A DNA stretch of 64,000 bases, from NCBI GenBank assembly GCA_013239625.1, contig MU054662.1, forward strand, positions 14,683,798 through 14,747,797, read 5' to 3'. Positions 50,301-62,074 of the stretch are shown here, piece by piece (within the stretch, counting starts at the first letter, position 1; the number at the start of each line of letters is the position of its first letter). The notes below the pieces were generated by a model, which saw nothing but the letters and a program-made list of their open reading frames with translations, made no database searches and had not been told where the DNA came from. The position numbers and the translations under genes are program-made. The stretch is from Lama guanicoe. Its lineage: Eukaryota.

Positions 50301-51689
50301 CCCTCCACTTCCCGCAGAAGAGGGAACTAGGAAGAAGGCAAGGCCACCAGTGCCCCCAGCCTCACTTTCTTTGCCCTCCGAGGTCCCGTGGAGACACAAG
50401 TAAGTGAGGGAAGGGCTAACCTTCCGGCCAATCGCAGTTCAGCTGCCCTGCAATTAAACAAACCTGCAAGCCCACAACACATATTTACATCTCATTAGCA
50501 GAAGCCAAACGCAACAACGGTGTTAAAATTAAGAAATGAGGCACAATTATCCTGTCACAGCAGTCGGGGAAGTTGTCAGGGGCTGGTTTATTCATTAGTT
50601 TGCACAGAAGTTCAGCAGCTCCCTAATTGTGTGCGCTACTTCCCCTCCTCCTCTTGCTTAAAAAGATCATTTAAAGCTTTCGTTTCCCTGCAGCACAGCC
50701 ACCTGGAATGCGGGCAAGGATGGCAGGACCTGGGAAGGGCCCCCGACCTGGACCCCGCGTCAGGGCCCAGCCAGGCGGTGGCGGAGCCACGGGTGACAGG
50801 GATGAGGGGGCATGGTCCCCCCAAGGTGCCCAGATCCCTGAGAGGTGCCATGCAGTGTGGCCCCTTCAGGTGTGGCCATGCCCGGGGAGGGGGTGCAGGA
50901 AGTGAGGCTGGTGATGTTGGCGGGGACCCCACAGGGAGAAGCCCCTCTGCCCCTCTGGGAGGACAGGCCCTTCCTCACCCTGCCAGCCGGCCTCAGGCTT
51001 TGCAGTGGTGCTGACGTGACAGGGCTTCTCGGGGCAGCAGGGCAGGGGTGTGGGAGGGAGGGTGAAGGTCGGGTCAGGCGGCCACAGGAGGCAGAGGCAG
51101 TGAGGTGGGTCTCAGGTGGGGGCTTCAGTAATGGGGGTGGTAAGGGGACGCCCTGGTTTCCAGAGCGGGTGGAGATGTGGAGAGACCGGGAGAGAGGGCA
51201 GCTGTAGGGTGAGGGTGAGTCTAGCCCTGGATGCGTGGCTTTGGGGTGAACTAGGTCGGCAGAGTGGCTCTCCCTGCGTCCAGGGGTTAGACTGACTGGG
51301 TGCTCGAGGGTTCTTGGGCAGGGGGCTTCCTTGGACTTCGGTCTCGGAGCCAGTCCTGTCCCCTCTCTTGTCACTGCAGCTGCTCTTTGATCCCTGGAGA
51401 TTGTTGACATCTTTTTTTTTTTTGGCCCCAGGAATGGAACCAAGAGAGACCCACAGCCCTGCCCTGGGCTGAAGAAAACTCCAGACACCCCGACCACGGG
51501 CAGGAACACGGAGTCATTTTTCTCTGTGACATTGCAAGGAACGTCCAATGCTTTCTAGCCAACAGCAAAGGCCAGGGAAACCTCCCTCCCCTTCCTGCGG
51601 CCCCACCTAGGGCGCACAGCCCTGGGAGGCCAGCTCCCGAGTCTCTGACACGTGAGGCCTGAGCAGAGGGTGGCCCTCTAAATTCCTTT

Positions 51690-53030
51690 CAGTCCTTTTT
51701 TCCTTTCCTTTTTTGATTTTGAAATAACCCGGTATTTTTTGTTTCATTTTTTTCTATCATCTTGTTCTGCACACCATCTTCTACAACTTTTCGTGGTTAC
51801 TGTAGACAGTGCAACAAACATCTTTGACTTCTTACCATCTAGTAAAATGGCTTTTTTGCCACATCTCTGAATGTTTCAAAATGCTGCCTTTTGCTTTAAT
51901 AATGTTATGGTTATTATTCATGTTAATTTGACACGTATTTGAAGTTCTCCAGGCTGCTGCTGTGATTGTTTTCTGCAGTCGATACTCATTTTACTGAGCC
52001 ATGTGTTTTCCTTCCTGGTTATTTTCACTTATTCATGCAATACTGTGTTTCTGCTGAGGACATTTCCTGTCAGGCTGATGAATTTACTTAGTATTTACTG
52101 TAGTTAAATTTGTGGGTGCTATTTTGCTCACATTTTTTAATCCAAAAGATCATTTAAAAAAATCACCTCCATTTTTATAAGATGCACATTTTTGTCTTTT
52201 AGTGCTTTAAAAATAACATTTCATTATATTTGGTTTCAGTTCTTTCTCTTGAGGAGTGAGCTCTTATTATTCTTCCTTTAAAGGTGATTTTCCCCAGCCT
52301 TAGGCTGTTTTTAAGAGCTCCCTCCCTCCCTTTCCCTCCGTCTCTCCCTCCTTCCTTGTCTTTTGGCACTTTGACGATGGACGCCTGTCAGCGTATTTTG
52401 GGGTATTTATCCTGCTGAGGTTTGCTGACCTTCGGAAGTCTGTGTGCTGCTGTGTTTTGTCAACTTTCAGTGCTTTGCTGAATGCCATCGCCCCATCCCT
52501 CTGCTTCCCCGGTCACAATGCACTTACACCTGCTGCATATCTCCTGCACACTCTCTGCGGCCGTCCTTCCCCTCAACGACTCTTGCAACTCACTAACCCT
52601 GTGTTTGGCTACTATTGGCGTGATTTTAAATCTGTCAAGTAAGTATCAATAATCAATCAATATTTAATAATTGACTAATACTCAGATATTGCATTTTCAC
52701 TTATTTGTAGGTTCAAATTACACATGTCAAAATGTCCACCTTTCTATCTATAGTGTTGATCTTTTCTGCTATTCACTGCGTTATTAAGCAGAGTTGTAAA
52801 AGTTTCTGTTTCTCATGCCAGTGTCTGAATCATTGGTCCCCTTTTTCTCTTAATTAGCAGGCTTTAAAAAAAAAACTCTTTTGCCTGTCTAGTGATGTTT
52901 GGCTTCACTCTGTGTCACAAATTGCGCACAAAGAGCTTCAAAGACTGAAGGTGATGTTTCAGTCCTCAGGCTGGAGTTTCCACTTTCCTCTCTGAGGCAG
53001 AAGGGGGAAGACTTAGCTCCTCAGTAATAA
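51690..53030 (-). mobile_element. Old L1/HAL1 5'-ORF1 region remnant (antisense)
   Basis: T-rich block including ggctgtttttaaga and tatttatcctgctgaggtttgctgaccttcggaagtctgtg...gttttgtcaactttcag, typical of antisense L1M ORF1. Confidence 0.75.
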
Positions 53031-53359
53031 AAGGAGCTGTATTTGGGCTGGATCGCAGCACAAAGACTCAGCTTACATGCGATGGAGCAGACAGATCTCC
53101 GTCGGGAGTGAGTGGAAATCTGTGTGGGGACTTCCTCTGGGTTCTTCCCAAAGCCTGGGGTGCTGGTGGGAGGTGAGAGCAGTGAGGTCCATGGGGCGGC
53201 TTCTGTGGGTCCGAGGACATGTGAGGGCCCTAGAGGCGCACCAGCCCTGAGATACGGCATCTTAGCTGAGACAGAGCAGGAACAACTCCTGCGCCTGCAC
53301 TTGGAGGAGACACAGGGAGCCGTGGCTCCCCGCAGAGTAAGGCCGCCCCACCCGAACTT

Positions 53360-55050
53360 CACAAAGCCTAAAATTAATCAACACTTTGAAAATAACTTTG
53401 GATTTGGAGGTTGAGTTCTGCCCGTCAGAGGGGCTAGGAGTTCCCCAGGTTCACATCACAGCACATGGAACCAAGACTGTGTTTAAGGCAGTACACGTGT
53501 AACTGAGTTATTAGCACAAACCATCATAGTCTTCAGAGGAACATAACAGAACCCAGAATTTCTGCAGTGAGTGATCACAGTGTCTTGTTTAAAATAAAAT
53601 ATTACTGGAGAAACAAAGAAACAGGAAAACTGATCTGTTGGCAAGAAGTAAAATCAATGAATGAAAACCTTTTGAAATGGCCCAGAGGTAGGCTTAGTAG
53701 GCCAAACACTGAAAGTGGTTGTTGTAAATATACTAAAGGGCTTTTAAAAATGAATTTGAATGGGTGAGTAGGTAGGGACTGTCAGCAAAGGAGTGGAAAT
53801 TATGAGCAAGAGTCAAAAAGAAATTCAGCACTAAAAATAGAATAACTTAAGTGAAAAAATTTACTGACTGGTCTAAACAACAGATTGGAAGTGGAAGAAA
53901 AAAGAATTAATGAATAAGGAGGCAGTTAGATGAAAATTTCACAATCTGAACAACAGAGAAGAGAAGGAAATTGGAAAAAAAGCAAAGTGTCCCTAATCAG
54001 TGAGACAACATTACATGATGTAATTGGGTCCCAGAAAAAGTAGATCATAAGAACGTGGCCATGGCAGGTCTTTGAGGAAACAGTGGCCAAATATACCCTA
54101 AATTTGAAGAAAAACAGATGCAAGAAGCTTAGCAACCCCTTAGGAGGACACATACAGAGAAAGCCACACCTAATAAACTCCTAAAGGTAAACAATGAAGA
54201 CTGAATCCTGGGAGCAGTTTGAGCAAATAGACCCCCAACAGGTGGGGTCGTTGATGTGCAGGTTTCATCAGGAAAGCCGAGGCCAGAAGATAACGGAGCA
54301 GCATCTTAAAGATCTGGAAGGAAAAAAGAAAAGTGATGTCAATCCAGAATTCTATATCCAGTGAAATGTCCCTCAAACCTGCTGCAAAAATAAAGACATT
54401 TTCTGATAAACAGAAGTTGTGAGACTGTGCTGCCAGCAGACTCCGCAGGGGGAAACACTGAAGGATGTGCTTCTGGCTTAAGGGAAATTATACTGGATAG
54501 AAATTGGGATCTGCAGGAGGAGATGAAGGCAACGGATATGTTACATGAGTGGGTCAGCATAGAAACTGTCTATTTTCTTCATTAATCTTCTCACCAGACG
54601 GATGTGGGGGTCTAACATGTGGAAGCCAAAGATACCACAATGCAAAGGATGGAGCCAGGAAATGAAATTATCCCCCTTTAAAGGTCTTCCATGCTTAAAG
54701 CATGAGGTTGGAAGTGGGGTGAAGTGGTACAGTATTAACTGTAACCAGATCCTGGTAACATCTTATTTTATGGGTATTATAATCCCCAGAGGAACCATGA
54801 ACAAAATAGTAGTAAAGAGGTCAAGCTTAGAAACTAATGCTGGAATGCTGAAAAACCCAAAGGGCCAGTGGAAAACCAGCATCCAGAAGACAGGCTCGGA
54901 CCTGGCTATACGTGACCACTCAGTGTCAGTGGACGAACCGTTCCGACCAGGAAGCAGAGCCTGTCAGACTGGGTAAGAGGCCTCGGGACCACCTTACAGT
55001 CGGTGGAGGGCAGGAATTTTAAATATAAACGACAGGCTGAAAGCAGAAGT
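53360..55050 (+). mobile_element. Old L1M 5'/ORF1 remnant running into the ORF2 start (sense)
   Basis: A-rich block: aacaacagattggaagtggaagaaaaaagaattaatgaa...cacaatctgaacaacagaga...ccagaattctatatccagtgaaatgtccctcaaa...aaataaagacattttctgataaacagaagttg. Confidence 0.88.
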
Positions 55051-57019
55051 AAAGGGCGTGTCTGCTCAGCCCCTATCTGGCGCTGCCGCTGTGGGGTCCC
55101 AAACTCCAGCCTGGGACCCCAGGAAGGCCCACAACCTGCAAACGTCTCGACGGGGAGGCTGGCCCTCTTCCCTCAAGTGGGCCTACGCTTCCTGAGAACA
55201 GCAAGACTTCTCTGGAGACCCCATCCTGACTCCTGGAAGCGTTAGGTTCTGAGCCGACTCCGCGGTCTCCCCCTCCGTCCCCAGCAGACGTCCCGGTGGG
55301 GTCTGAGCGTCTCAAACCCCAGCCTGCTGCTCTGGCCAGCACAGCTGCGGGCTTTGCTTGTTGTCCTTTCCTCTCTTCCATCCGAGCCCAGAACCAGCCA
55401 ACACACCCTCCAGGAAAGCAGCCTGTGGCCTTCCCTCACCTTCCGCTCACTCGGCAGTGTTCCTTTCTCTCTGGTTTTAGTGCCTTTGCAGATGTGACAT
55501 CTGTACTTTCTCCTGCCCTTTTACCACACCAATTTCACTTTCTGCCGAGGAACTGGTCACCTGCCACACCCAATGCCTTCGCTGGCCCTTTGGAGTGGAC
55601 CTCAGGGTTGAGGGTTGAGGGGTCTGGGTGCGCGTGGGGGGACACCACTAAGGCCCCTCACCTACAAGCACAGGGTGAAGTGGACATATTGGCTCAATGC
55701 CATAGGATCCTTCCAGAACCTTCCAGGCGTGCACAAGGAAGAGAGTCTAATTTCTAGAGTTCATATTCTAGCCACAACGCCACGCTAGGATGAGTTCCTA
55801 GAAGAGAGAAAGGGTTATTTCTGGCTGGAGGAGCACACGGTGGCGTGGGACTTGAGGCAGGGGACAGGCTGCAGCCCTGCTTTGTACTGAGACGTGGTTT
55901 GGGTAAAGGTGTGTGAGCTTGTGTCCTCAGCTTCCCTGAGTGCGAAGTAGAGAAAACAGAAGTGGGTCTCTCGCAGGGCTGTGTGAGGGTCCAACACAGC
56001 AGGTTTGGAGAAGGTATCTGTAAAGCACAGCCCCAGGCCAGAGGACTCCGGTCCGTCTCTAAAGCAGACACTGCTGCGCCCGGGCTGATAACCTCAGGAG
56101 GCTCAGTCCAGGAAAACAGCCACGACGTCTTTTTTCACTCCGAATCAGTAACCAGTTCAGGCTTTTGTTTCAGCATTCAAAGTCTGGGTCTTCAGATTTA
56201 AAACCTTCAAGAAAGCAGGCAGGGGCTCAAGGCCCTTGGGATGGAGCAGAGGCAGTGTTTTGGGTCAGGTTTGTTCTGGGACTGTTTGACCCCTGGGGTG
56301 TCTGCAGTGACCCACTGTTCCTCAGGGAGGGTGGGCCCTGCAGCCCAACTCAAATGGCTGAAATGAGCCTTTTCTCCAGCAATTCAGCAACCATGTTATT
56401 TGTCACTGAAATAAAGTATCCAATTTCCCCCGCAGGTTTCAGGAAGCTGTTTTCAGCTGCATCTCCAGCTGGGTTTATTTCTTAAGAGCTCATCCTGCAG
56501 GTTGTGGCTGGCAGTGCTGAAGGACATCGGGCAGTGTCCCTGCTGGCTGGTCTCGCTCGCCCCCTTGGCCAAGGAGGTCTGGTGGCACAGGGAGGCAGAG
56601 GGTGGCTCTGGCGTGAGAGGGTCCCACTGGCCAGGCCAAGCCTACAGGGGAGTCCGTGTCTGCCTAGGTAGTGCCCCGAGGGCTGCGAGGTGTCTCAGCT
56701 TTTGTCCCTGGAGGCCCAGACCTGGCACACCTGCACTCAGGCGCCTCAGGCTCCCTGTCCACCATCAGCCCGGGGGTACCCCCGAACACCCACCTCCTGC
56801 TGCAGCCGCGCAGCCCGGACCTGGAACCAACGGGCAGAGTGGAGGCTTTGGGATTGTTCTCAGAGTGGTGGTGCCTGTCACACCAGCTGCTCACGCTGGA
56901 GTGTCACCCCTGCCCAGGGCTGTCCTTACTCCATGATCCACGACAGAGAGAGGCAGTGAGGGCTGGGCTGCCTGCAGTAGAGGGAGCTCGGGCACCACTT
57001 TCCAGATCAGGCTTTGAGA

Positions 57020-57125
57020 TTTAGGGACCAGGAGTCAACATTTTAGACTTTGCAACTGTAAGGTCTCTCTCAACCATTAAATGTGGGGACACCAGCCACG
57101 GGCAGGTCCACGTGAGTGGCTGCCC
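57020..57125 (+). mobile_element. MER58A-like hAT-Charlie remnant
   Basis: agggaccaggagtcaacattttagactttgc...ggtctctctcaacca resembles MER58A (agggccagatagtaaatattttaggctttgc...ggtctctgtcgcaactac). Confidence 0.6.
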
Positions 57126-58186
57126 TAGGCCGTGTGCGGAGGGACCCCTGCTCGGTGCAGATTCAGAGGATGTGAGCTCCTTTTCCTACAAGTGGGGCGA
57201 CTGCAGCTCAGTCACCCCAACTTGGCCACTTGGTCCCTCGGGAGGGACGCACTGTGCAGTGGACACTGTTCTCTGGGAGAGGGGAGGGCCTGCTCTCTGC
57301 GTCCGGGCTCAGGACTCAGCGCGTACCCAACCAGGAGTCCCTGAGCTGTCACCCCCGGGTGCCTGGCCCACAGGCGGGAGGACCCCTGGCGGGGGAGTTT
57401 TCACCAGCTGCTCCTCCTGCTCTGCTTGCTTGCTCCCACGACCCCCTGCCCTGTTCACATCCAGAAACTGGCTTCTTTAAGTCTTCCCTCTTGTCTAATG
57501 GTATACAGCACACATTGATTAGGCATCTGTCTTGGGCTGTGTGCTGAGCAGTGCACGGGGGCACAGCCCTGAACCACAAGCAAAGCAACAGCAGCGAGGT
57601 CATGACGGCAGTGGGAGCCTTGCTGAGGGTGGAGGGCACAAAGGCCCAAGCAGGCGGCCCAGGGTGGGGTCCGAGCCCCTCTCCCCCGGGCCTGGAGTTC
57701 CCAGCGTCTGTCCCACCCAGACCAGAGTGAGGTGTCTGCAGGCGGACCCCGGGCAGCCAGGGCTCCCGTGGGACTCCACGGCCACAGGGGGCCCACCCAG
57801 GGGAGGGCTTTCCCACTCCCTTGCTGAGTCTGAAACAGGAAGGGAGCAGGGCACAGCCATTCAAGAAATGCCACAGCAATTCACATCAAAATGGTGACAG
57901 ATTCAACCCCCAGGAGGCCTTGAGGCTCAAGATGATGGGAGACTTAACTTCTGCATCAGTTACTGCCTGTTCAGCCCGAGAGCCACCCTGGGAGGTGTGC
58001 AGAGCAGGCTTCACCTTCTCCTTGTCACAGAAGATGGATGGAGGCTCAAGAAGAATGTGGTGTGTCCCAGGAACAAGGGCTGAGCTTCCGCCCAATCTGG
58101 TCCAGCACTAGACACAAATCGTGTTTTGTGCAGGAACCACATACTTCACAATGGCTACGAGGGAGAGGGAGCGTGTAGGGCCCCAG

Positions 58187-58817
58187 TGATGCAGGAAAAC
58201 AGATGCGGGGTGTGAGAAGGGCCGTGTCCCAGGCTTTGGTTGAGCCGCTGGGACACCCCGCCAACTGTGGGTCCTTGGCTTCGGGCAGGAAAGAATTCAA
58301 GAGCAAGCCGCAGTTGAGTGGAGGTAGATTTATTCAGAGAGATACACTGAAAGGCAAGCGAAAGGCCACGAGGTGTGGGGGGTTGGGTGCTCAGATTAAA
58401 AGTAGGTACAGACTCCACAGACGGAGTGCGGGCCATCTCTGGAGAGGGAGAGAGAGAGGTGGCAGCTCTGAGGGGCAGTGTTGCCTGTTTTTAAGGGCTC
58501 AGCGGCTTCATATGCTGATAAGTGGAAGGACCAGTCTAAGTAGCCTGGGGAAGGGGCTGGGATTCCCAGGAAGTTGGCCGTTTCCCACTCTTTGACCTTT
58601 TGTGGCCAGCCTTGGGACTGCCTTGGCGCCTGTAGGCATGTTATTCATCGTGCTAACATATTACAATAAGCATATAATAAAACTCAAGTTCTACTAGAAG
58701 TTAAATTTCCCACCATCTTGAGCCTCAAGGCCTATTGGGGGTTGAAACTTTCACCATTTTGATGTTAATTGCTGTAGCATTCCTTGAATGGCTGTGCCTT
58801 GCCCCCTTCCTGTCTAA
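58187..58817 (-). mobile_element. Solo ERV1-type LTR (631 bp) with 4-bp TSD CCAG
   Basis: Starts TG at 58187 and ends ...cctgtctAA at 58817 (CA probably mutated). Flanked by CCAG at 58183-58186 and 58818-58821. Minus-strand AATAAA at 58329-58334. Internal gggtccttggcttc...aggaaagaattcaagagcaagcc is typical of ERV1 LTRs. Confidence 0.85.
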
Positions 58818-59339
58818 CCAGTGCACCCAGTTGGGTGCCAGGACTCGGACCAGACTCCCTGTCGCCTGGGTTAAAGGCCAAGTCAGAGCTGCTCCAAGCA
58901 CAGAGGACTGGAGGGTGGGGGGCAGCTTTGCTGGGAAGGAGCGGAATGGCCTTGAGGGCAATCAGTTAAACCTAATTCAATCTATGGAAATATTTGACTA
59001 CACCAGTGTAATTTATTATGCAAAGTTGCCCTTTCTGACAGATGGAAGTTGCTTCCATAAGTGGGCTTGCAGCAGAAGAGGGTCCAGCAGGCAAACAGAC
59101 CCAGCTGGGGACCGGCCTGTGGCTCGCTTTCCACGGGACGTACGTCAGGAGGTGACTGAGGAGGGTGTCCGTGCGCCGTGTCCAGGCCATGTGGCCCTGA
59201 GCGTGTCCGTCCACCTGTCCCAGCCTCTGTCAGTCTTGCAGCTTCCTGAGAACAGCGCTGATGTTTGCTGAACCGGGGACCCTCACGGGAAACCCTTCCA
59301 TCCTTTGATCCTCACAGCAGGAAGCGTGGGAAGCCCTGG

Positions 59340-59435
59340 GGGTAATGCCTACCCATTCATTTTGCAAAACTCATCAGACAAACACATATTTGATTACTTT
59401 TATGTAGATATGTCTTTCATTAATTTAAAAGTTTG
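59340..59435 (+). mobile_element. L1ME 3' terminus
   Basis: ttcattttgcaaaactcatcaga...cttttatgtagatatgtctttcattaatttaaaag. Confidence 0.65.
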
Positions 59436-60649
59436 TGTAAAAATCATCTAAATTTCTGTGAAACTTCTGTAACCATGTATCATCATGGGTCAGGCTCACA
59501 GCAGAACGTAGGAGCTAGAAGAGTGTCATGGAAAACATTCTTACTCTGGATTGTTTTCCACGCACAGCTGCACTTTTTGTTTAAAATTGGATTCTTCCTC
59601 ATCCTCTGACTCCCTACTGCTCAACTTAGACTAGCAAATGCTGCTGCCATTTCAAAAACCAAGCCAAACAACTCTATTAGGATTCTATTTTCAGTCTCCA
59701 TTAGAATTTAAGCATGTATAGTCAGGTATCCATTAAGAAAGCTTTCAGATGAAAATGTTAAGGTGTTAATTGATCCCTCAGGGGCATTTGAAGTTCTTTT
59801 CCTTTTGTAGTTTCTTTGAAGCTTTGAATGGCTTCAACAAAGAGGCACCGCTGCTGTCAGTCCAGTCGGGATCTAATTGTTTGCATAAAAGCCCTTGGTG
59901 CCTGTACTCACAAGAGATTGACCTGCATTTCGCGGACTTTATAAAGTTTCCTTCTCTGTAAGACTGGTAAGTTTCCTTTACTCTGTTGAGTGTTTGCTCA
60001 TGTCTGTTTTGGAGATGCCACTGCGTCAACCTTGGAGGCCAGCACTGCAGTACAACCTCAGGGAATTCGTACACAGGAGGAGCCCGCAGCCTCAGGCCGG
60101 AGGTGGGAGAGTTTGCTCCAGGTGGACACCACCTTACAGGCTGTGGGCTCCAGAACTGGGTCTGTGTCCCAGGTAATTTCCCAGGGTCCTACAAGGGAGA
60201 TAATTTCATATTCCCATCTCTGAAGTGAGGTAAGTAAGTTACGCTCACCGATCACAGACACTTGCAATGCCCTCCCACAAGCCCAGCCCCTGCAGGGCTG
60301 CGGGTGACTCTGCAAGGAGCGTGTCTTGTCCCCGGAATGAGTTCGTGGCCCTGCAGGGGAGACAGAGGAGCGGACTTTCAGCTGCAGTGCCGAGCGGAGG
60401 CCACCCCTGTGCTGTGTGGGTTCCGTTGCTGCCACCAAGCCTTCCACCCTCCCTGGGGGCCTATGATGCTGGAAACCCCTTGGTGTGTTCCTGGCAGCTG
60501 GGATGTTTGCATGCCTGAAAAATGGTCCTGTGCTCTCCTCTCAAAGCTGCCGCAAGATGCTGGCTACCAAAAATAATCCTACACATTTGTACTGAGTGTT
60601 TACTGCCAGACCTACGGTAGACGGCTCTGTGTGTGTGTGTGTAACTTTC

Positions 60650-61070
60650 ACAACAAAACCGCCTGTGAATTCTAACAAGTTTTACATGAATTCTGTGTTC
60701 ACAACCATGTTCTTGTACACAGTGCAGTTTATTTCCTTCTTTCCAGTGCTGTTTTTCATTCTTTTTCTTGCCTTATGCGCTGGCCAGAACCCCCAGTGAG
60801 ATACTGAGTAGCAGCAATCAAAGCAGGAACCCTTTCTTGTTCTTTCAATGATTCACTGTAAGTATGATGCTTGCTTAGCAGGTTGGATCTACAAGAACGG
60901 CAGTTTCGTGTGAGTCAACGTAACAGGTAAGCCTCACAGAATTCGCAGTGTTTTCTTCTGGTCCTAAGATTTTTTCATGATGAATGAAATTCATAAAATG
61001 CATTTTTTTAAAAAATTAAGTAGTCACATATTTTTTCTCCATTTTTAATTAATGTCCTGGGTTACACTGA
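60650..61070 (-). mobile_element. Old L1 ORF2 antisense remnant
   Basis: tttatttccttctttccagtgctg...ttcttgccttatgcgctggccagaacccccagt...ttcactgtaagtatgatgcttgct. Confidence 0.75.
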
Positions 61071-61114
61071 CACAATCCCACCCAGAAGGGAAGTGTGGCT
61101 GGAGGTCTAAAGAA

Positions 61115-61815
61115 ATTTTTTTTTATTAACAGAAAATTTTAAGAACAGTTTTGATTTACAAAAAATGGAGCAGAAAGTACACAGAGCTCTATGTACCCCG
61201 ACACGAGTCCTCCCTCAGGGTCCCCACTCTTACGTCTTGCATTAACTCGTGCGCTACATCTGGTACAACAGGCATATCAATATTGATACATTATAATAAC
61301 AGAAGTCCAGAGTTTACAGCAGGATTCTCTTCTTCACTGTCCACTCCATGGATTTTGAAAACGTATAATGTCATGTTTCCAACATTACCGTCCCATGCAG
61401 AGTACTTCACAGTAGTTTCAGTAAAACTGCCCTAAAATCCCCCTGTTTCTCCCCTTCCTCTCCCTGAACCCCTGGCAACCACAGATCTGTTTACTGTCTC
61501 TGACTACAGAATGTCATGGAATTGGTATCAGTCTGTAGCTTTTTCAAATTGGCATCTTCCAAGTAGCAATGTGCATTTAAGTTCCCTCCATTTTTTATGA
61601 CTTGATAGATGATTTCATTTTATTGCTGAATAATATTCCATTGTGTGTATTACCATGTATTATTTATCCATTTATCTATTGAATGGGATGATGGTTACTT
61701 ACAAGTTTTTGCAGTTATGAATAAAATTGTTATGTACATTGACATGAAGGCTTTGTGTGGATGTAAGTTTTCAACTCATTGGGATCATATGATAAGAGTA
61801 GGTTTAGTTTTTTTT
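61115..61815 (-). mobile_element. L1MC1-like 3' end (antisense)
   Basis: ttttaagaacagttttgatttacaaaaaatggagcagaaagtacacagag...atattgatacattataataac...ctgccctaaaatcccctg...aacccctggcaaccacagatctgtttactgtctc...ttgctgaataatattccattgt. Confidence 0.9.
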
Positions 61816-61849
61816 CTTTTCACTTCAAAAACCAGAATTTTATTTCCAT

Positions 61850-62070
61850 GAATCAAAAACAACAAAACACCTAGAAATAAACTTAACCAAGGAGGTTACC
61901 TATACTTTGAAAACTGTAAAACATAGTTGAAGGAAACTGAAGATGATACAAAGAAATGAAAAGACACCTTGTACTCTTGGATTGGAAGAATCAACATTAT
62001 CAAAATGACCATACTACCCAAAGCAATCTACGGAAATGATGCAACCCCTGTCAAAATACTCACGACATTT
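61850..62070 (+). mobile_element. LINE-1 ORF2 fragment (less diverged, disrupted)
   Basis: Translation [28 protein letters not shown] matches the conserved L1 ORF2p motif [29 protein letters not shown]. Stops and indels lie upstream. Confidence 0.95.
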
Positions 62071-62074
62071 TGGG

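Noticed and set aside
53240-53340. Exon-like stretch LRYGILAETEQEQLLRLHLEETQG before a GTAAGG donor
   Set aside because: It sits in the spacer/5' region between L1 remnants, has no good acceptor, and matches no protein I recognise.
58735-59271. 178-aa ORF with a hydrophobic, signal-peptide-like N-terminus
   Set aside because: It starts at a non-ATG codon inside the antisense LTR and runs across the LTR boundary, with no env/gag similarity I can recognise.
59778-60074. Minus-strand ORF ending ...KPFKASKKLQKEKNFKCP as a terminal exon
   Set aside because: No convincing minus-strand polypyrimidine acceptor. Lysine richness mirrors the plus-strand T tracts.
61275-61288. 14-bp palindrome TATCAATATTGATA
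   Set aside because: It lies inside the L1MC1-like remnant and derives largely from its consensus.
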